A stretch of 64,000 bases of DNA from Podarcis filfolensis (taxonomy: Eukaryota). Positions 1 to 12,250 of the stretch are shown piece after piece. Where the stretch lies: assembly GCA_964270895.1 (NCBI GenBank), contig OZ185436.1; one strand, 5' to 3'. Position numbers and translations under genes: made by a program. The notes beneath the pieces were generated by a model that was not told the origin of the DNA, searched no databases, and saw only the letters and a program-made list of their open reading frames with translations. How positions within the stretch are numbered: position 1 is the stretch's first letter; each line of letters begins with the position of its first letter.

Positions 1-382
1 AAAGGTGGCTGTTTCATTGTGCAGCCGGCCCTCTTTTCTCATTCCCTTTTTGTCAGGGGAGCACCAGGTCATACATTTTAATGTATATTTGTTCTTCATT
101 CTGAAGCATGAATAACAAAGCGAGTAAATAAGGTTGGAATGAGGATTGAGTGCCATGGAGTGGGTTCTTGTGCGTGCTCGGTGTTATTTCGATTGGGACT
201 CAAAGCATACATGCACCTCCATGCACTCAGGCATAAGCCAAAGTTTTTCTTTCTCTGCACACACACACACCCTTTCCCCTTTTTTTTGTTTTTGGCTGTA
301 GCCATGTGTTGTTAATCCTTACAAACAGTATTTACTTAAGCAAGAATCAGGAGTTAGCCATGTCCTCTTCTAGTAGAAGGTC

Positions 383-526
383 CACCATGGCTTACTGAAG
401 GGGGGCACCTTCTCTGCGCACAGAAGGTTCAGTCCTCAACATCTCCAGGTAGAGCTGGAAGGAAACAGAAACCCTGGAAAGTCACTTTCAGTCAATGTAG
501 TGAGCTAGAATGACCAATGGTTTGAC
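383..526 (+). mobile_element. Degenerate squamate tRNA-derived SINE (copy 1 of a tandem pair)
   Basis: Contains CAGAAGG..CATCTCCAGGTAGAGCTGG..GAAACCCTGGA..TGAGCTAGA.TGACCAATGGTTTGAC, shared with the copies at 1100, 20703 and 63494. Confidence 0.6.
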
Positions 527-531
527 ATGTT

Positions 532-666
532 GGCTGTAGCTCAGCAGCAGAGAATTTGTTTGCATTCAGAGTCTCAGGTTCCATCCCCAGTACAAGACTG
601 AGTGAGACCTCTGACCGAAACTCTGACAATACTGAGCTAGATGGCTCAAAAGCCTGATTTTGTATA
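532..666 (+). mobile_element. Degenerate squamate tRNA-derived SINE (copy 2, internally deleted)
   Basis: A-box-like head GGCTGTAGCTCAG, B-box-like GGTTCCATCCCCAG, and 3' part GACAATACTGAGCTAGATGG. Confidence 0.55.
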
Positions 667-1099
667 CACCAACTCCATATAACCCTGTGTTTTATGGGGA
701 GAGGCATGGTGTGAGGGATATGAAAGGCAATATTCAATTGAATAATTGCACAAGTGGATTAAGCTCTGCTTGCACAAGGGGACTTTCCCGCCTTCTCCAC
801 CCCCTGCTGTCCCCAAATCCACTCCATAGGGTTATCAGGGTGCCCAGAACAGATTTAGGGGTTGCATTGGGGGCAGAGAGGGGTGGACAGTTCTGTTGCA
901 CCAGGAAAAATCCTTACTCTGACTGAACGTGCTACATTAAATGCAACCCAATGAGAAGCTTAAATATAAATTGTGGCCTTAATTGCTGATTTGTCAGCAG
1001 GGCTTCTTAAGAGCATTGTCACTGTTCTCACACCAGGAATAGCACAAAAAGCATGAGGGGTGCTGATGTAAAGCAAAATATGCCTGTGGAAATCAATAG

Positions 1100-1292
1100 A
1101 ACACAGGAACACTGGAAGCTGCCTTAAACTGAGTCAGATCATTGGTCCATGTAGTTTGGGATTCTCTACACTGACTAGCAGTGACTCTCCAGGATTTCCC
1201 GCAGAGGGTCCCTCAGTCCTACCTGGAGATGCTGGGGATTGAATCTGGGGCCTTCTGCATGCAAACTAGACATGCTACCATTAAGCAACAGC
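1100..1292 (-). mobile_element. Squamate tRNA-derived SINE
   Basis: GGAAGCTGCCTTAAACTGAGTCAGATCATTGGTCCAT..CCTACCTGGAGATGCTGGGGATTGAATCTGGGGCCTTCTGCATGCAAA is the reverse complement of a tRNA-like head plus body. Confidence 0.75.
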
Positions 1293-1636
1293 CTTTTCCC
1301 AAAACCATTATCTCATATATTCCCCCCACACACAGTCTATGGACCTAGTTTGAAAAGATTTATCAAATGGCAATATATGTGAGGGTGTATCAACATACTT
1401 GTTGGGGAAATATAAATAGAAAAAAGAGGTGTAATTTCAGAACCTCCCTGTAAGGATTAGTGCTGTTGGAATCATTCTTATCCATATTGATCAGCTGTAA
1501 CAGACAATGCTTAAAACATTCATAAAAATAATCATAGAATCGTAGAGTTGGAAGGGACCCTGTGCTAATATATCTATCCATGTTGCTGGTTTTTATGCAC
1601 AGGGTTTGTGAAGTGAGTGGGAAGACAAACACCTCA

Positions 1637-1639
<3 letters not shown>

Positions 1640-1674
<35 letters not shown>
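1640..1674. repeat. (GT)n microsatellite
   Basis: About 17 GT units, seen directly. Confidence 0.97.
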
Positions 1675-1678
<4 letters not shown>

Positions 1679-3074
1679 GTGCGTATGCTGGATCACACAG
1701 AGCTACAAATATGGGCTTCCTTTAAAATCCAAACACCGCTTTAAATCTAATGGTGCTGGCTGGTCTCCCTATGATGATCCAGCCCATTGATAGAAAGTGG
1801 CAAGACAAGCAGATGCTTTTAACAGTGCTGGATCATGAACGGGGCCAGCTGCTGGAGGCGACAGGCTATTGTCTGAAACATGAAATTTATTACACAGGAC
1901 GGCATACACCGACTAAATTAGGCTATCCAGAGGGGAGGGCGGCAAGCCATGCCTGGTTTGTTTGTGTGTTATATGTCTGTATAGCTTGTCCTATCAGCAG
2001 CGTGGTCTTCTACGCATGAGGCAGGTGGCGGCGGGGCTGTGCAGTTTTTTAAACAACAACAACAACAAATACATTGTCTTTTGAGATGGCACCGTAATGG
2101 GCTTTCTTTAAACTGATGTCTAGGTGCTCACAATTCCAGTGGCTGGTGAGATAAAAATGAACAAACCGCTAAACATCTCAAGCCAGTGATCTGAAGAAAT
2201 CACGCTCTCCCCCCACCCACCGCCAGAAAGGGTAGGATAGAGGAGAGCAGGGGCCTGTCAGGCTGCAGAGAAGTTTAATAAATTCCATGTCACTCTAAAG
2301 ACCATCATGTGCCGAGTCGCCCAAGGCCAATAAAAGCCGATAAACCTCCAGATAGGCGGCTGCAACGCTCCAGCGCATGTTACTGCTTTGATACATTACG
2401 TGAAGGGAGGGAGGGTGCTTGTTGTTACTTTTTGTAGGTGTTGTGTTGTTGTTGTTGTATTAAAAAATGGTGAGGTCTTTTGCTTTTCTTTTTTAACCCC
2501 CCCCCCCAAAAAAAAGTGATAAAAGCACCTAAGAATTCTGCATAGCTGCCATTTGTGACTATTTAACTCAACGAAGCATGTGGGAGAGCAGCAGACATAC
2601 AATACAGTATAGCAATCCATGCATGGGAGCTCATGTAATCTTCCTCCCACCTTGGAAATGGAAAGAGCTTTTAACATTATATTATTGTGCAAAGGTTGGA
2701 GGTCATGTAGAGGGTCTTTTAAGTTTTGAATTGGTACTTTACGAATCAGCCTCAGTTTGCAAGAGACTGATGTATGCATCCCAGTCCCTATCATAAAATG
2801 CTCAAAAGGGACCTTCTGAACCAACTGGTTGTGTGCTTTCATTCACAAAGCGGCACGCAACTAACTGTAAGACCGCCATGAGTGAAGGCACAAAGTCTTG
2901 TATTTTCCTGGCTTCGAAAGACAACTCTGAGGCTAGCATTGTGGCCCCAAAAGTTCTTTTCTGGCTTGGATTTTAATTTGAGCTTGAGAAGAAATAATTG
3001 AAAATGTAATTTTTGTTTAAGAAGGCTTTCCCCAAGGTGTGACCCAGTCGCTTACTGAAAACTGCTATACAGTA

Positions 3075-3316
3075 CAGTGATACTTCGGGCTACATACGCT
3101 TCAGGTTACATACGCTTCAGGTTACAGACTCCACTAATCCAGAAATAGTGCTTCAGGTTAATAACTTTGCTTCAGGATGAGAACAGAAATTGTGCTCCGG
3201 CGGTGCGGCGGCAGCAGGAGGCCCCATTAGCTAAAGTGGTGCTTCAGGTTAAGAATAGTTTCAGGTTAAGTACGGACCTCCGGAACAAATTAAGTACTTA
3301 ACCCGAGGTACCACTG
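3075..3316 (+). mobile_element. Tc1/mariner-superfamily (pogo/Tigger-like) MITE, 242 bp
   Basis: TA TSD on both sides, TIR CAGTG(G)TAC(C)TCGGG..CCCGAGGTACCACTG, internal CTTCAGGTTA repeats; six copies in the window. Confidence 0.9.
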
Positions 3317-4984
3317 TATTTGAAGAATTTTTGTATTGTTTTTTCAGGATTTGTAAATATGGTTGCATTCTTTTTAGGGTTTGCTGAAATGGTTATATTG
3401 CTCTTAGAACTTAGTGTTTTATTCTCTTTTTATTTTATACACAGCTTCAGTGGCTTTATACAGTGAAGCGATCTATGCATTAATTAAATAAAATAGATAA
3501 ATCTTCTCCCTCGCATCTACTTTTCTAACCTCCATCCTACCTACTTGCCTTCCTTGCTGCAGTGCTGGTAGTGAAGAACTTTCCAAACTTTTCATGTTGG
3601 CGACACACTTTTTAGACGTGCTTTATTTCATGACACAGTCATTCAGTTTTACTAGCAAACCAGAGGTTAAACTAACCCCTTTCCAGTCCTAGGAAGAGCA
3701 CAGACGGGAGTGTTCATGCGACACGCCTGACATGTCACAACACACAGTGTGGAAAGCTCTGTCATAGTGGAAGGGAGGCAGGTCTCTCTCCCACTTCCTC
3801 CACTCTCACAGTTAAGCATCCTGCTACAGGTCCTGGGGCTGGGTTTTCCTTGAGTTATTGATACTTTCTGTAGTGATGGGGAAGCTATATTTTCCAAGAC
3901 TCCCATCACCAGCTTACAGGTGTTGCAGCATGCCAGGAGCTAGAGGGATACTTGAGATACAATCTTCTCTCCTTTTGCTATCCGCACAGCAGCAAGCCAG
4001 ATAAGTTGGTGGATGGGAGGATCCATTCCATTGAGGGAGGACGTTTGGAAGAGAGCCAGCTGTCAGGTAGATTAGCGAGTGGGAGGAGAATTGGAGGCTA
4101 ACCAGAGGGGATCAGAGCCTATTGTTTTCCCATGAAATACAACAGGTCCAATTTGGCTTAACATTGGATTTGGAATAAATTGAGCTATTTTTGAAGTTGG
4201 GGTGGGGGCAAATTGTTGTCTTAGCCCAGTTCCAAGCCTGAGTGCAGCAGCTTGCCTCGTCCCTACCTGTGACTAATGCATACAATTACCTTTAGTTGTC
4301 ATTATTACTGTGCGCTTGAAGCTCTGTGCAGAAGGGAAATAAATTTAGGAAAAATGTGCTCAGATGGCTCAAGTCAGCAAGCCATTCTTCCTGTTTCAAG
4401 GGGAGGTCAAACATTAAAGCACCAAGGTAACCAGATCCCAGTGTTCCTGGTAGGCATTTCTCTTTAGCTTTGATCTTTCCGACTTGGGAGAAATAAATTA
4501 TGCACTCACTGAAGTTGTTTAAATATAGTTTCATGTGGAATGTTCAATGAGAAAAGTGCAAAAGCTTAATAAATAAAAACAACTTTCAATTCCGTGTTGA
4601 AAGTGAATGCAAGGCAAGATTTTTGATATGCATAAAATATACCGAGCTATGTTTTCCCCCTGGTAAAACATCAAAAAAATCAGCTTTCATTTAAAGCAAG
4701 CAGCCATGAAAATAGTATTTCAACGCAGAGTTTCTGTGTAGTTCCAATGATGGTTTTCACAATCTGCATCATTTAAATGTTCACATGTGGGCAAAAGTGC
4801 ACGGCAATTTTTAAATTGTTTACCAGCCCAGGAGAAAAGGGTTGCTGAGCACTCTCAAGTAGTGCATCGGGTGGGATTCATCCATGGTCTACAACATTAT
4901 AAATGCCTCAGGAGAGTGAATATTGTTACAAATGTGTTCCATTTCCAGAGAGAAATCTCTGATTATCATAATCAAACTCAAGGA

Positions 4985-5416
4985 GGGCTGGTTAGCTCAG
5001 TAGAATCATAGAATCATAGAGTTGGAAGAGACCACAAGGGCCATCGAATCCAACCCCCTGCCAAGCAGGAAACACCATCAGAGCACTCCTGACATATGGT
5101 TGTCAAGCCTCTGCTTAAAGACCTCCAAAGAAGGAGACTCCACCACACTCCTTGGCAGCAAATTCCACTGTTGAACAGCTCTTACTGTCAGGAAGTTCTT
5201 CCTAATGTTTAGGTGGAATCTTCTTTCTTGTAGTTTGGATCCATTGCTCCGTGTCCGCTTCTCTGGAGAAGTAGGTTAGAGAGTGCTGCTGATAATGCAA
5301 AGGTGGCGGGTTTGACCCACATACGGACCAACTACAAATTCCTGCACTGAAGGGGATTGGACTAGATGATCCTTGGGGTTCCTTCCAACTCAATAATTCT
5401 GTTATATTCTATTCTA
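4985..5416 (+). mobile_element. tRNA-derived SINE with a CR1-like (TTCTA)n tail, split by a CR1 insertion
   Basis: Head GGGCTGGTTAGCTCAGTAG (4985-5003) resumes at about 5270 as GTAGGTTAGAG..GCTGATAATGCAAAGGTGGCGGGTTTGA and ends TTCCAACTC..TTCTATTCTA. Confidence 0.75.
5004..5269 (-). mobile_element. CR1 LINE 3' end (5'-truncated)
   Basis: (ATCATAGA)n tail followed by a typical CR1 3' region (GACCTCCAAAGAAGGAGACTCCACCAC..GGAAGTTCTTCCTAATGTTTAGGTGGAATC); AGTAG on both flanks. Confidence 0.85.
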
Positions 5417-6559
5417 AATTTCCCAGTAGCATCTAGGGGACCTTTGGCAGTCAATTGTTCCACCAGCAACTGTAGTTTAATCTCACATCTGCAAAATGAC
5501 ATTTGTTTGTTTCCTCTTTCTTGTGAAGCCAGCATTGGTTACATGTTTCTCAGATACTTGCTTGATTGGCACAATGTAGGGAAGACAATTTATTTTTAAG
5601 AGTGGTAGAACACCTGAATCTCATAGCTCTCCTAACAAATACTTTGGTCTGCCCACCAGATACCAGGCACTCTACTATTCAAATTAGGCCCCAGTGTTTT
5701 TGTTACAATCCCCTTCTCAATTAAGTAATCAAATTTAAGCTAGAATTTAAATTCTCAAAACTTTCTTATTTGTTAATTCGAACAAGTAAACTACTGCTCT
5801 CACTTCATTACAAACAGTATTTCTACCTGCAACACACTTGAGCAAACCTGCTCCTCTTCCTTTCACAGATATTTTGTTGCCATTTGCAACTGGAGCGGCC
5901 TCTTATTGGTTATCATTTAACTCTTGGGGGAAATAATTAGCATCACACATCATGGGCATGGAAGTTGCCGAACCAATTAACCAACAAGAAGGATTACTGT
6001 TAATAGCACCAGTTTTCCTATAACTTGATATTCCTGGATAGTTTTGACGAACTGCAAAAGCATTTTTAGTTTGCTTTCTAGTGCCACCCTGGAACTTTTC
6101 TTTATTAATGCCACTTTGTTTTGTACGATTCCTTGCAAATGAAGGAAAACAACTTTTCTGCTTGTATATGTTGATAATATAATTTTGTTTAGTGAGGACA
6201 AACAAGATTGTACAAAAACAAGATTGGGTGCAGGCTTGGCCAGGACATAGGTGTCCTGACTGTGACAAATGTGAGCTGTGTGCTTGCTTGCTTGATTAAC
6301 AGCTGTTGGGAACTTCAAGGTCCCTGCTCTCCCTTCTTATGGTCTTTGTACTGGACCTGGAGACTCCAATAGAGAGCATTCCATGTCAAGAAGGAGGGCA
6401 AGTGGGCACCCTATCAAATGACAGGGCATGAGCTACACAGAGCAGGGCCTTTTCACTGGTGGTGCCCATTGTATGCCTCACTCTTCCCAGACCTGCTCTC
6501 TTTTGGCCTGTATTTTGGAGCTTTATAATTTAGGAAGACTTTGGAAGAACTGGTTGACA

Positions 6560-7088
6560 AGTTGCTGACGTATGAGCGGATTTTATTTGCTGTTATTCTG
6601 GGCTTCTGGTGCATCAGGGTTTACATCAGCGTAATAGAGTTGGCCAGGATGCCAGAAGGGATACAATTTATGAGCTTTCTCCATTATCTGCAATGCAGGG
6701 GATGTTTAGTCAACAGTGCAAAGGCTGAGCTGAAGCATTCCCTGCTGATTACCTGCTTTCAGCAATAGGGGTTGCTGTTTGGTAGTACCCAATTGGTTAG
6801 CTGTCAGATTCTAGATCTCCCTATTGGTGGCTCTTAGGTAATTCACAAAATACAGAGTCCATTCATAAAGCACAGTGTTCATTCAGAAAGCAGTAACATA
6901 AATCTCCATTGCTACATATTGGGTGTATATTTCAGTGGTTGAACATACAGGTTTGTGACCATGCTGTAGTGTAGTGCTTATGCGACTGTGAATAAAAGGT
7001 GGCTGGGCTCATTTTCTCGGGATTTGGGCGGGAAGAGGTGACAAAACTGGTTTTCAATTAGTCCCCCCCCCCCTTTATTTCCGTAACA
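6560..7088 (+). mobile_element. Possible solo LTR remnant
   Basis: CCAAT-like boxes, AATAAA near 6990 and a terminal ..CCGTAACA. The 5' boundary and TSD were not found. Confidence 0.25.
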
Positions 7089-7172
7089 AGTCCTTGAGTC
7101 TGTATTCTGAATGGTGACACCAGGGGCCTAGAAGGTGCAGGGCTTGTCAGTCCAACCCCTGCACAGTCTCAT

Positions 7173-7549
7173 CAGGGCTGACCTTAAGGCAATTGGAGCA
7201 ATTGGGCCAAATTGGACCCCACAGGCCGCCCCTAAGGGGGCCCCTGGCACCAGGGCAATTTAGATGGATTTTATTTATATCTATAAGATTTTGCAGACTT
7301 TGACTGTGAACTGGGGCCCTACAAAAAAAAATCCAAGTTGCACCCCACTGCTTCAAATTGGGCCCCACTGGCTAGCCTTGAATCTCATAGTTGCTTGGCC
7401 TGAGTTGCCCCGCCTTTGCATGAAGTCTTGGGTTTGCAATTTTGGGAGAGGGGAGACTGCAGCACTGGGGAGTGGGAGGGCTGGTGAGGCCCCTAGATTT
7501 AGAGGCCCTAGGCTTCAGCCTACTTAGCCTATACATAAATTCAGCACTG
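7173..7549. mobile_element. hAT-like non-autonomous element
   Basis: Imperfect TIRs CAGGGCTGACCTTA / TAAATTCAGCACTG and internal GGGCCCC motifs; no intact 8-bp TSD. Confidence 0.45.
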
Positions 7550-9750
7550 AGGGTAGGATTGCATTTGGGTTAGCCATGCTCAGAGCATACAAAGTGGCTT
7601 TAAATAAAAGAGATCCCAAAATATTGCTCAATATACTACATGGAGAAAACGCAACTGTTACTTATTTAATTCCCAGATTTCATCTCCTAACCTCCAATAA
7701 AGGGCAGCTTACAAAACTCCCAAATCGTATCTTCAAATACAAAACCACAACAAGAAAAATAAAACAGCAGGAAAGCGGCAAGATGGATTCCCAGCCCAAA
7801 CCTTCTAAAGCTTTCTCAGACAAAGAGATATAGTCAACTGCTTTAGCGGTAGGAGTTGCCACATTTTCATTAAATTAGCCAATGTGATTGTGACGTCAAG
7901 ATTGAACATTCCCATTATAAAATGAAACACAACCTACTGTGCTTGCCTTGCGAGAGCTTACTGTACAACAGAAGCTATAGAAATTAATGTAGGGAGGTTA
8001 GATGATGTTTCATCAAAGCAAGTGTTATCCCACACTTTCCACTGCATTTCACCACCACTTTCCTTATCACAAAAAGTCTGATCTTTAGGGAAAGAGCTTT
8101 GCTACACAAAAGCTTCAAGTCGACTGTAATTGCACAACCCAAATTTGCCAGTATGTGATTGAATCACACCTGAAAATAGCATCAGTCTAGAAGCACTCCT
8201 AGATAACTGGGAAGAAGGATTTTCTGGGTGCTTTTCCTCCTTCCAGGAGGTAGCTTTGAATTTCAGGCCAGGATGTTGTAATTATTTGGGGGCTAGCACT
8301 GTGTACCTATGCACATGCTTATTTGCTTTATCAGCCTATACATTTGTGAATCAACTCACTATTACAAAGACATCAGTTCTTTCTCCTCCAAATGCTCTCT
8401 GAACTTTCTGCTGCTTGGGGAAGAAGGGTAAAACAGATTTATTTTTTTTAGCCATAAAGGGCGTGTGGGAATCACTTTTCTTTTAAATTGCACGATGGCC
8501 TGCAGAGAGGGGGGGGGGAGAAAGATATTTCAGATCACATATCTATTCTTTCAGAATAGATCACCTGTCCTTGGCTCCCTTTTGCTTCTCTATGCTATTA
8601 GCTCAAGTGTTTGAGCTATATATGAATTAGATTCCTTCTCTGTGCGCCTGCAGAACTGTAAGTCGGATGTATGTGATGGGAATGAAATGCATTTATATAG
8701 AAGCCTGCAAGGGGAGAAAGAGAGAAAAGTGTCTGCAAATCTTTAATGTTGCCCATTTTTCAAGAGCATTCACTCTGTTCATCATAATCCCATTTTCTGC
8801 CTTCGACGTGTCATTACTGCCCACCAGATTTGGGGTGACAGCAGCAGGAAATGAGCTGGAAAAACATTAAACAGTTGTTTTTTTTTAGAAAAAAGGGGGG
8901 AAATCATTAGCACTTTAAAGATATTTAATGAACTACAGGCAGTTTCCATTCTAGGTAAGTATAAATTCTATTTGCAGATGGAAGGAAGATGTGAATAATA
9001 TGCATACAAGCAAAGGCAAGGACTTGGAGTTCATTTGGAATACCTTAGAAGTGAATGGCAGCACCTGCAATCTATAACTTTGTTCTGTGTCCGTCACCAG
9101 TAAAATCCATTGAGCTTTCATCGATGTTTCAATTAAACAGCCAATTCTGTGACTCAGGCCCACCAACTCTCCTTCTTTGGGTGGTAGTCTGGGTCACATA
9201 AGTGCTAGTTTTGGCCTGAACTTAAAGTCTGAATCTTACTTTTTTGCTTGCAAGATGCTTTTCTTTTGTTCCACCCAGTAAACAAGTGTTTGTTTCTTTA
9301 AAATAAGCTTTGGAAGAAGCTGACTGCATGCCAAATAAAATAAAACTTGCAGCCATTACAAAGAAGGGCTAAAGTGTGGGTGGGGGGACAGAAAGCAATT
9401 AGCTGCTGTGCCCTTTTAAATATGTACTGTATGTGTAAACACTATATGTTTTAATGCTAGTATGGCATGTGGTGAGTAGAGATGAGTGAGCAGCCATATG
9501 CTTACTCTGGAAAACGAGTTAGACCCTTCGAGTTTTCTAATCAAATGCATGAAAATCATCCAGGGAATTTCCAAGCATTCTATGACATCCCCAAAGGGGA
9601 AAACTCTCATCATATGGTTCAAGATGGGGCGGCAGGTAGTGGCACCCCCTTTCAGGACGGGAGAACCACTCAGGCTCTCCTTCATCTCCCACAACTATCT
9701 GCAAAGTGAAGAAAACTCATATCAGAACCACCATTACTGTGACCCCTATA

Positions 9751-9992
9751 CAGTGGTACCTCGGGTTACATACGCTTCAGGTTACATACGCTTCAGGTTA
9801 CAGACTCCGCTAACCCAGAGATAGTACCTCAGGTTAAGAACTTTGCTTCAAGATGAGAACAGAAATCGTGCTCTGGTGGCGCGACAGCAGCGGGAGGCCG
9901 CATTAGCTAAAGTGGTGCTTCAGGTTAAGAACAGTTTCAGGTTAAGAACGGACCTCTGGAACGAATTAAGTACTTGACCCGAGGTACCACTG
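9751..9992 (+). mobile_element. Tigger-like MITE, 242 bp
   Basis: TA|CAGTGGTACCTCGGGTT..CCCGAGGTACCACTG|TA. Confidence 0.92.
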
Positions 9993-11201
9993 TACTACAA
10001 ATCTAGGCTATTCCCAACTAACTGATTTATGTTGGCCATTAAAACTGAGGTCCATGTTGAGCTTTCTGCACTTGAACAGCCTGCATGGCCAACTCTACAA
10101 TTTAGCAACTCAAGAAAACAAAGAGGGTCTGCTGCTGGCTGAAACCCAAAATGATTCTATGTTAACTCTTTAGTCAAAAAAGCCAATCACAACTGAAATC
10201 ATACAACCCCATTCAACGTAGGAAGAAGCAGATATGTTGCTTTGCATCCAGTTAGGGAAGGATGCATTACGATGCATGATGCCTGATGCACAGGATGGGG
10301 GGAAATACCACAGCGAGGATGTTATATTCCTATTTAGAGATGTGCATGCGGAACCCATGATTTGAAAGCTTATAATACAGGAGAGCTTTTGACCAAGTTC
10401 ATGCCACTGGACTCATAAATTAGCTACTACGATTCCATATCACAAAGGAAGTCGGTTCTCTTTGCCCATCATTATTTGTAAAACTTGTTCCTCACGGGAG
10501 CTGGTGGTTTTGAAAGAATCAAGATGGCACTTCAAATGCCTATGCTCCCTTCTCTCTTTTGAAGCCCTTCCTTATGATTTTCAAGGGGAAAGAAAGCAGG
10601 CATCCCCAGGCATCTCGTAGCCTAATGGGTTCCCTGATCATTAGTATGCTGAGGTATTTTGCCTCCCTCACCCCTACTCCAAGAACCCATCCACCCCTCT
10701 TCAGAAGAGGGGCCCCCTTTTCTGAAATATTACTTTCCAGGAGTCATAATTGCCAGATGAAATTAGAGGCTAGCCTTCAAAGAGAGAGCCCTCTGAATTG
10801 TGCATTTGCCATCTTAACAGGATAAGCCCTCTTAACAGTTTGCCCTCGTTCCCCTCTTGAAATTATGTTTGACTACAGGGCATGAAATGTTATTCATCCA
10901 TCTTGCCATCTCCCTCCCCATCCATTTCTATTCAGATTTGGTACTGAGTAGCAGGTATATGAAGCGGGGGGTGGGGAGGGGGGAGATTTTTCAGGTGTTT
11001 GAGTTCTTTTCTCTCTTTCTTATTTCCTGCTTCCCCTTTTATGCAGGGGAAAATAGCATGAAGAGCAGAGCAAATGAGAATCAGAAATAAAGTGAAGGGT
11101 TTTTAAAGCAATCTGTTAACATGGTAGAGTTTATTATTCCCTGACGTGCACTCATGATACGTAAGACATCATACGCTGAATGGAAAGTGAACTGCCTGCA
11201 A

Positions 11202-11250
<49 letters not shown>
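11202..11250. repeat. (AAT)n microsatellite
   Basis: About 16 perfect units. Confidence 0.97.
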
Positions 11251-11251
<1 letters not shown>

Positions 11252-11784
11252 CCCCATTCTCTCTTCCCTAGGAAGAGAAAGTGGTCAAGGGCAGCTTAGA
11301 GAGGGTGGTATTGTGGCGGCGGCTGGGCACGAGGTTAATATCCATTTCACTCCCTGGCAGTAGCAATTTCACGGATCTTGTCATCTGTGGACGGCTGCAG
11401 GAAGGGAAGATCAGAAATGACAAATATCCACATTACCTCCTGGGATTAAAATGCCACGAAAAGTTCTTTTAATATGAAGCTGTCGGTTGATCAACGATCT
11501 GATTGTACAACAGAAGCCTCAGCTTAAAAAATACCAAGGCTATGCAAAGGTAGCTGCAGTTTGCAGCCTTCCAGAGTATGAGCCTAAATGGAGCCACCCC
11601 AGGGACGGAGCTTAATTGGAACCGTTTACTAATATTGGCTGCCTGTTGTCTTCATTCCCTTTCTGGTAAAAAATAAAAATAAATAAAAAGCAGACCCTTA
11701 CTTTAAAAAAACAACAAAAAACCCTTATTTATAAATGTAGACTTTTTTTTAAAAAATCCATGCTTTAAAAATGTTTGTATATTA

Positions 11785-11990
11785 CATTTATATCTCGCCT
11801 TTTGGAGATCAGGGTGGCACACGTCCTCCCCCTCTGTCCTGTTTTATCCTCACAACAAAACTGCAAGGTAGGTTAGACTGAGAAACAGTGACTGGCTTAA
11901 GGTTGTCCAGGAAGCGTCATGACTGAGTGGGAATTTGAAGCTGGATTTCTCCAGTCCTCATCTGATATTGTATCACAGCTCCACACTGAC
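11785..11990 (-). mobile_element. MIR-like CORE-SINE
   Basis: ATCCTCACAAC..GTAGGTTAG.CTGAGA..GTGACTGGC.TAAGGT..CATGACTGAGTGGGAATTTGAA matches the recalled MIR/CORE consensus. Confidence 0.7.
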
Positions 11991-12112
11991 TCTCTGTTTG
12001 ATTGTTCTGCTTATCATGCAGTTGTTAAAGGCACAGGGACTCCATCCTGCCAGGAAACAAAAATGTGGAGCCTGCAGTCGTCTCTCAGCTGTAAATTGGG
12101 TAAATAGTGTAG

Positions 12113-12139
12113 AACAGGTAGCCAATGTGGTGCCCTCCA

Positions 12140-12188
<49 letters not shown>

Positions 12189-12250
12189 TATACCTCCCAT
12201 CAACCCTAGTCAGCATGGCCAATGGTCTGGGATTCTGGGACTTGTAAGCA
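12113..12250. mobile_element. Degenerate hairpin MITE (GTGCCCTCCAGATGTT family) carrying an (ATT)n expansion at 12140-12187
   Basis: GTAGCCAATGTGGTGCCCTCCA..CTCCCATCA..CAGCATGGCCAATGG; related copies near 31760, 48225 and 59880. Confidence 0.5.
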
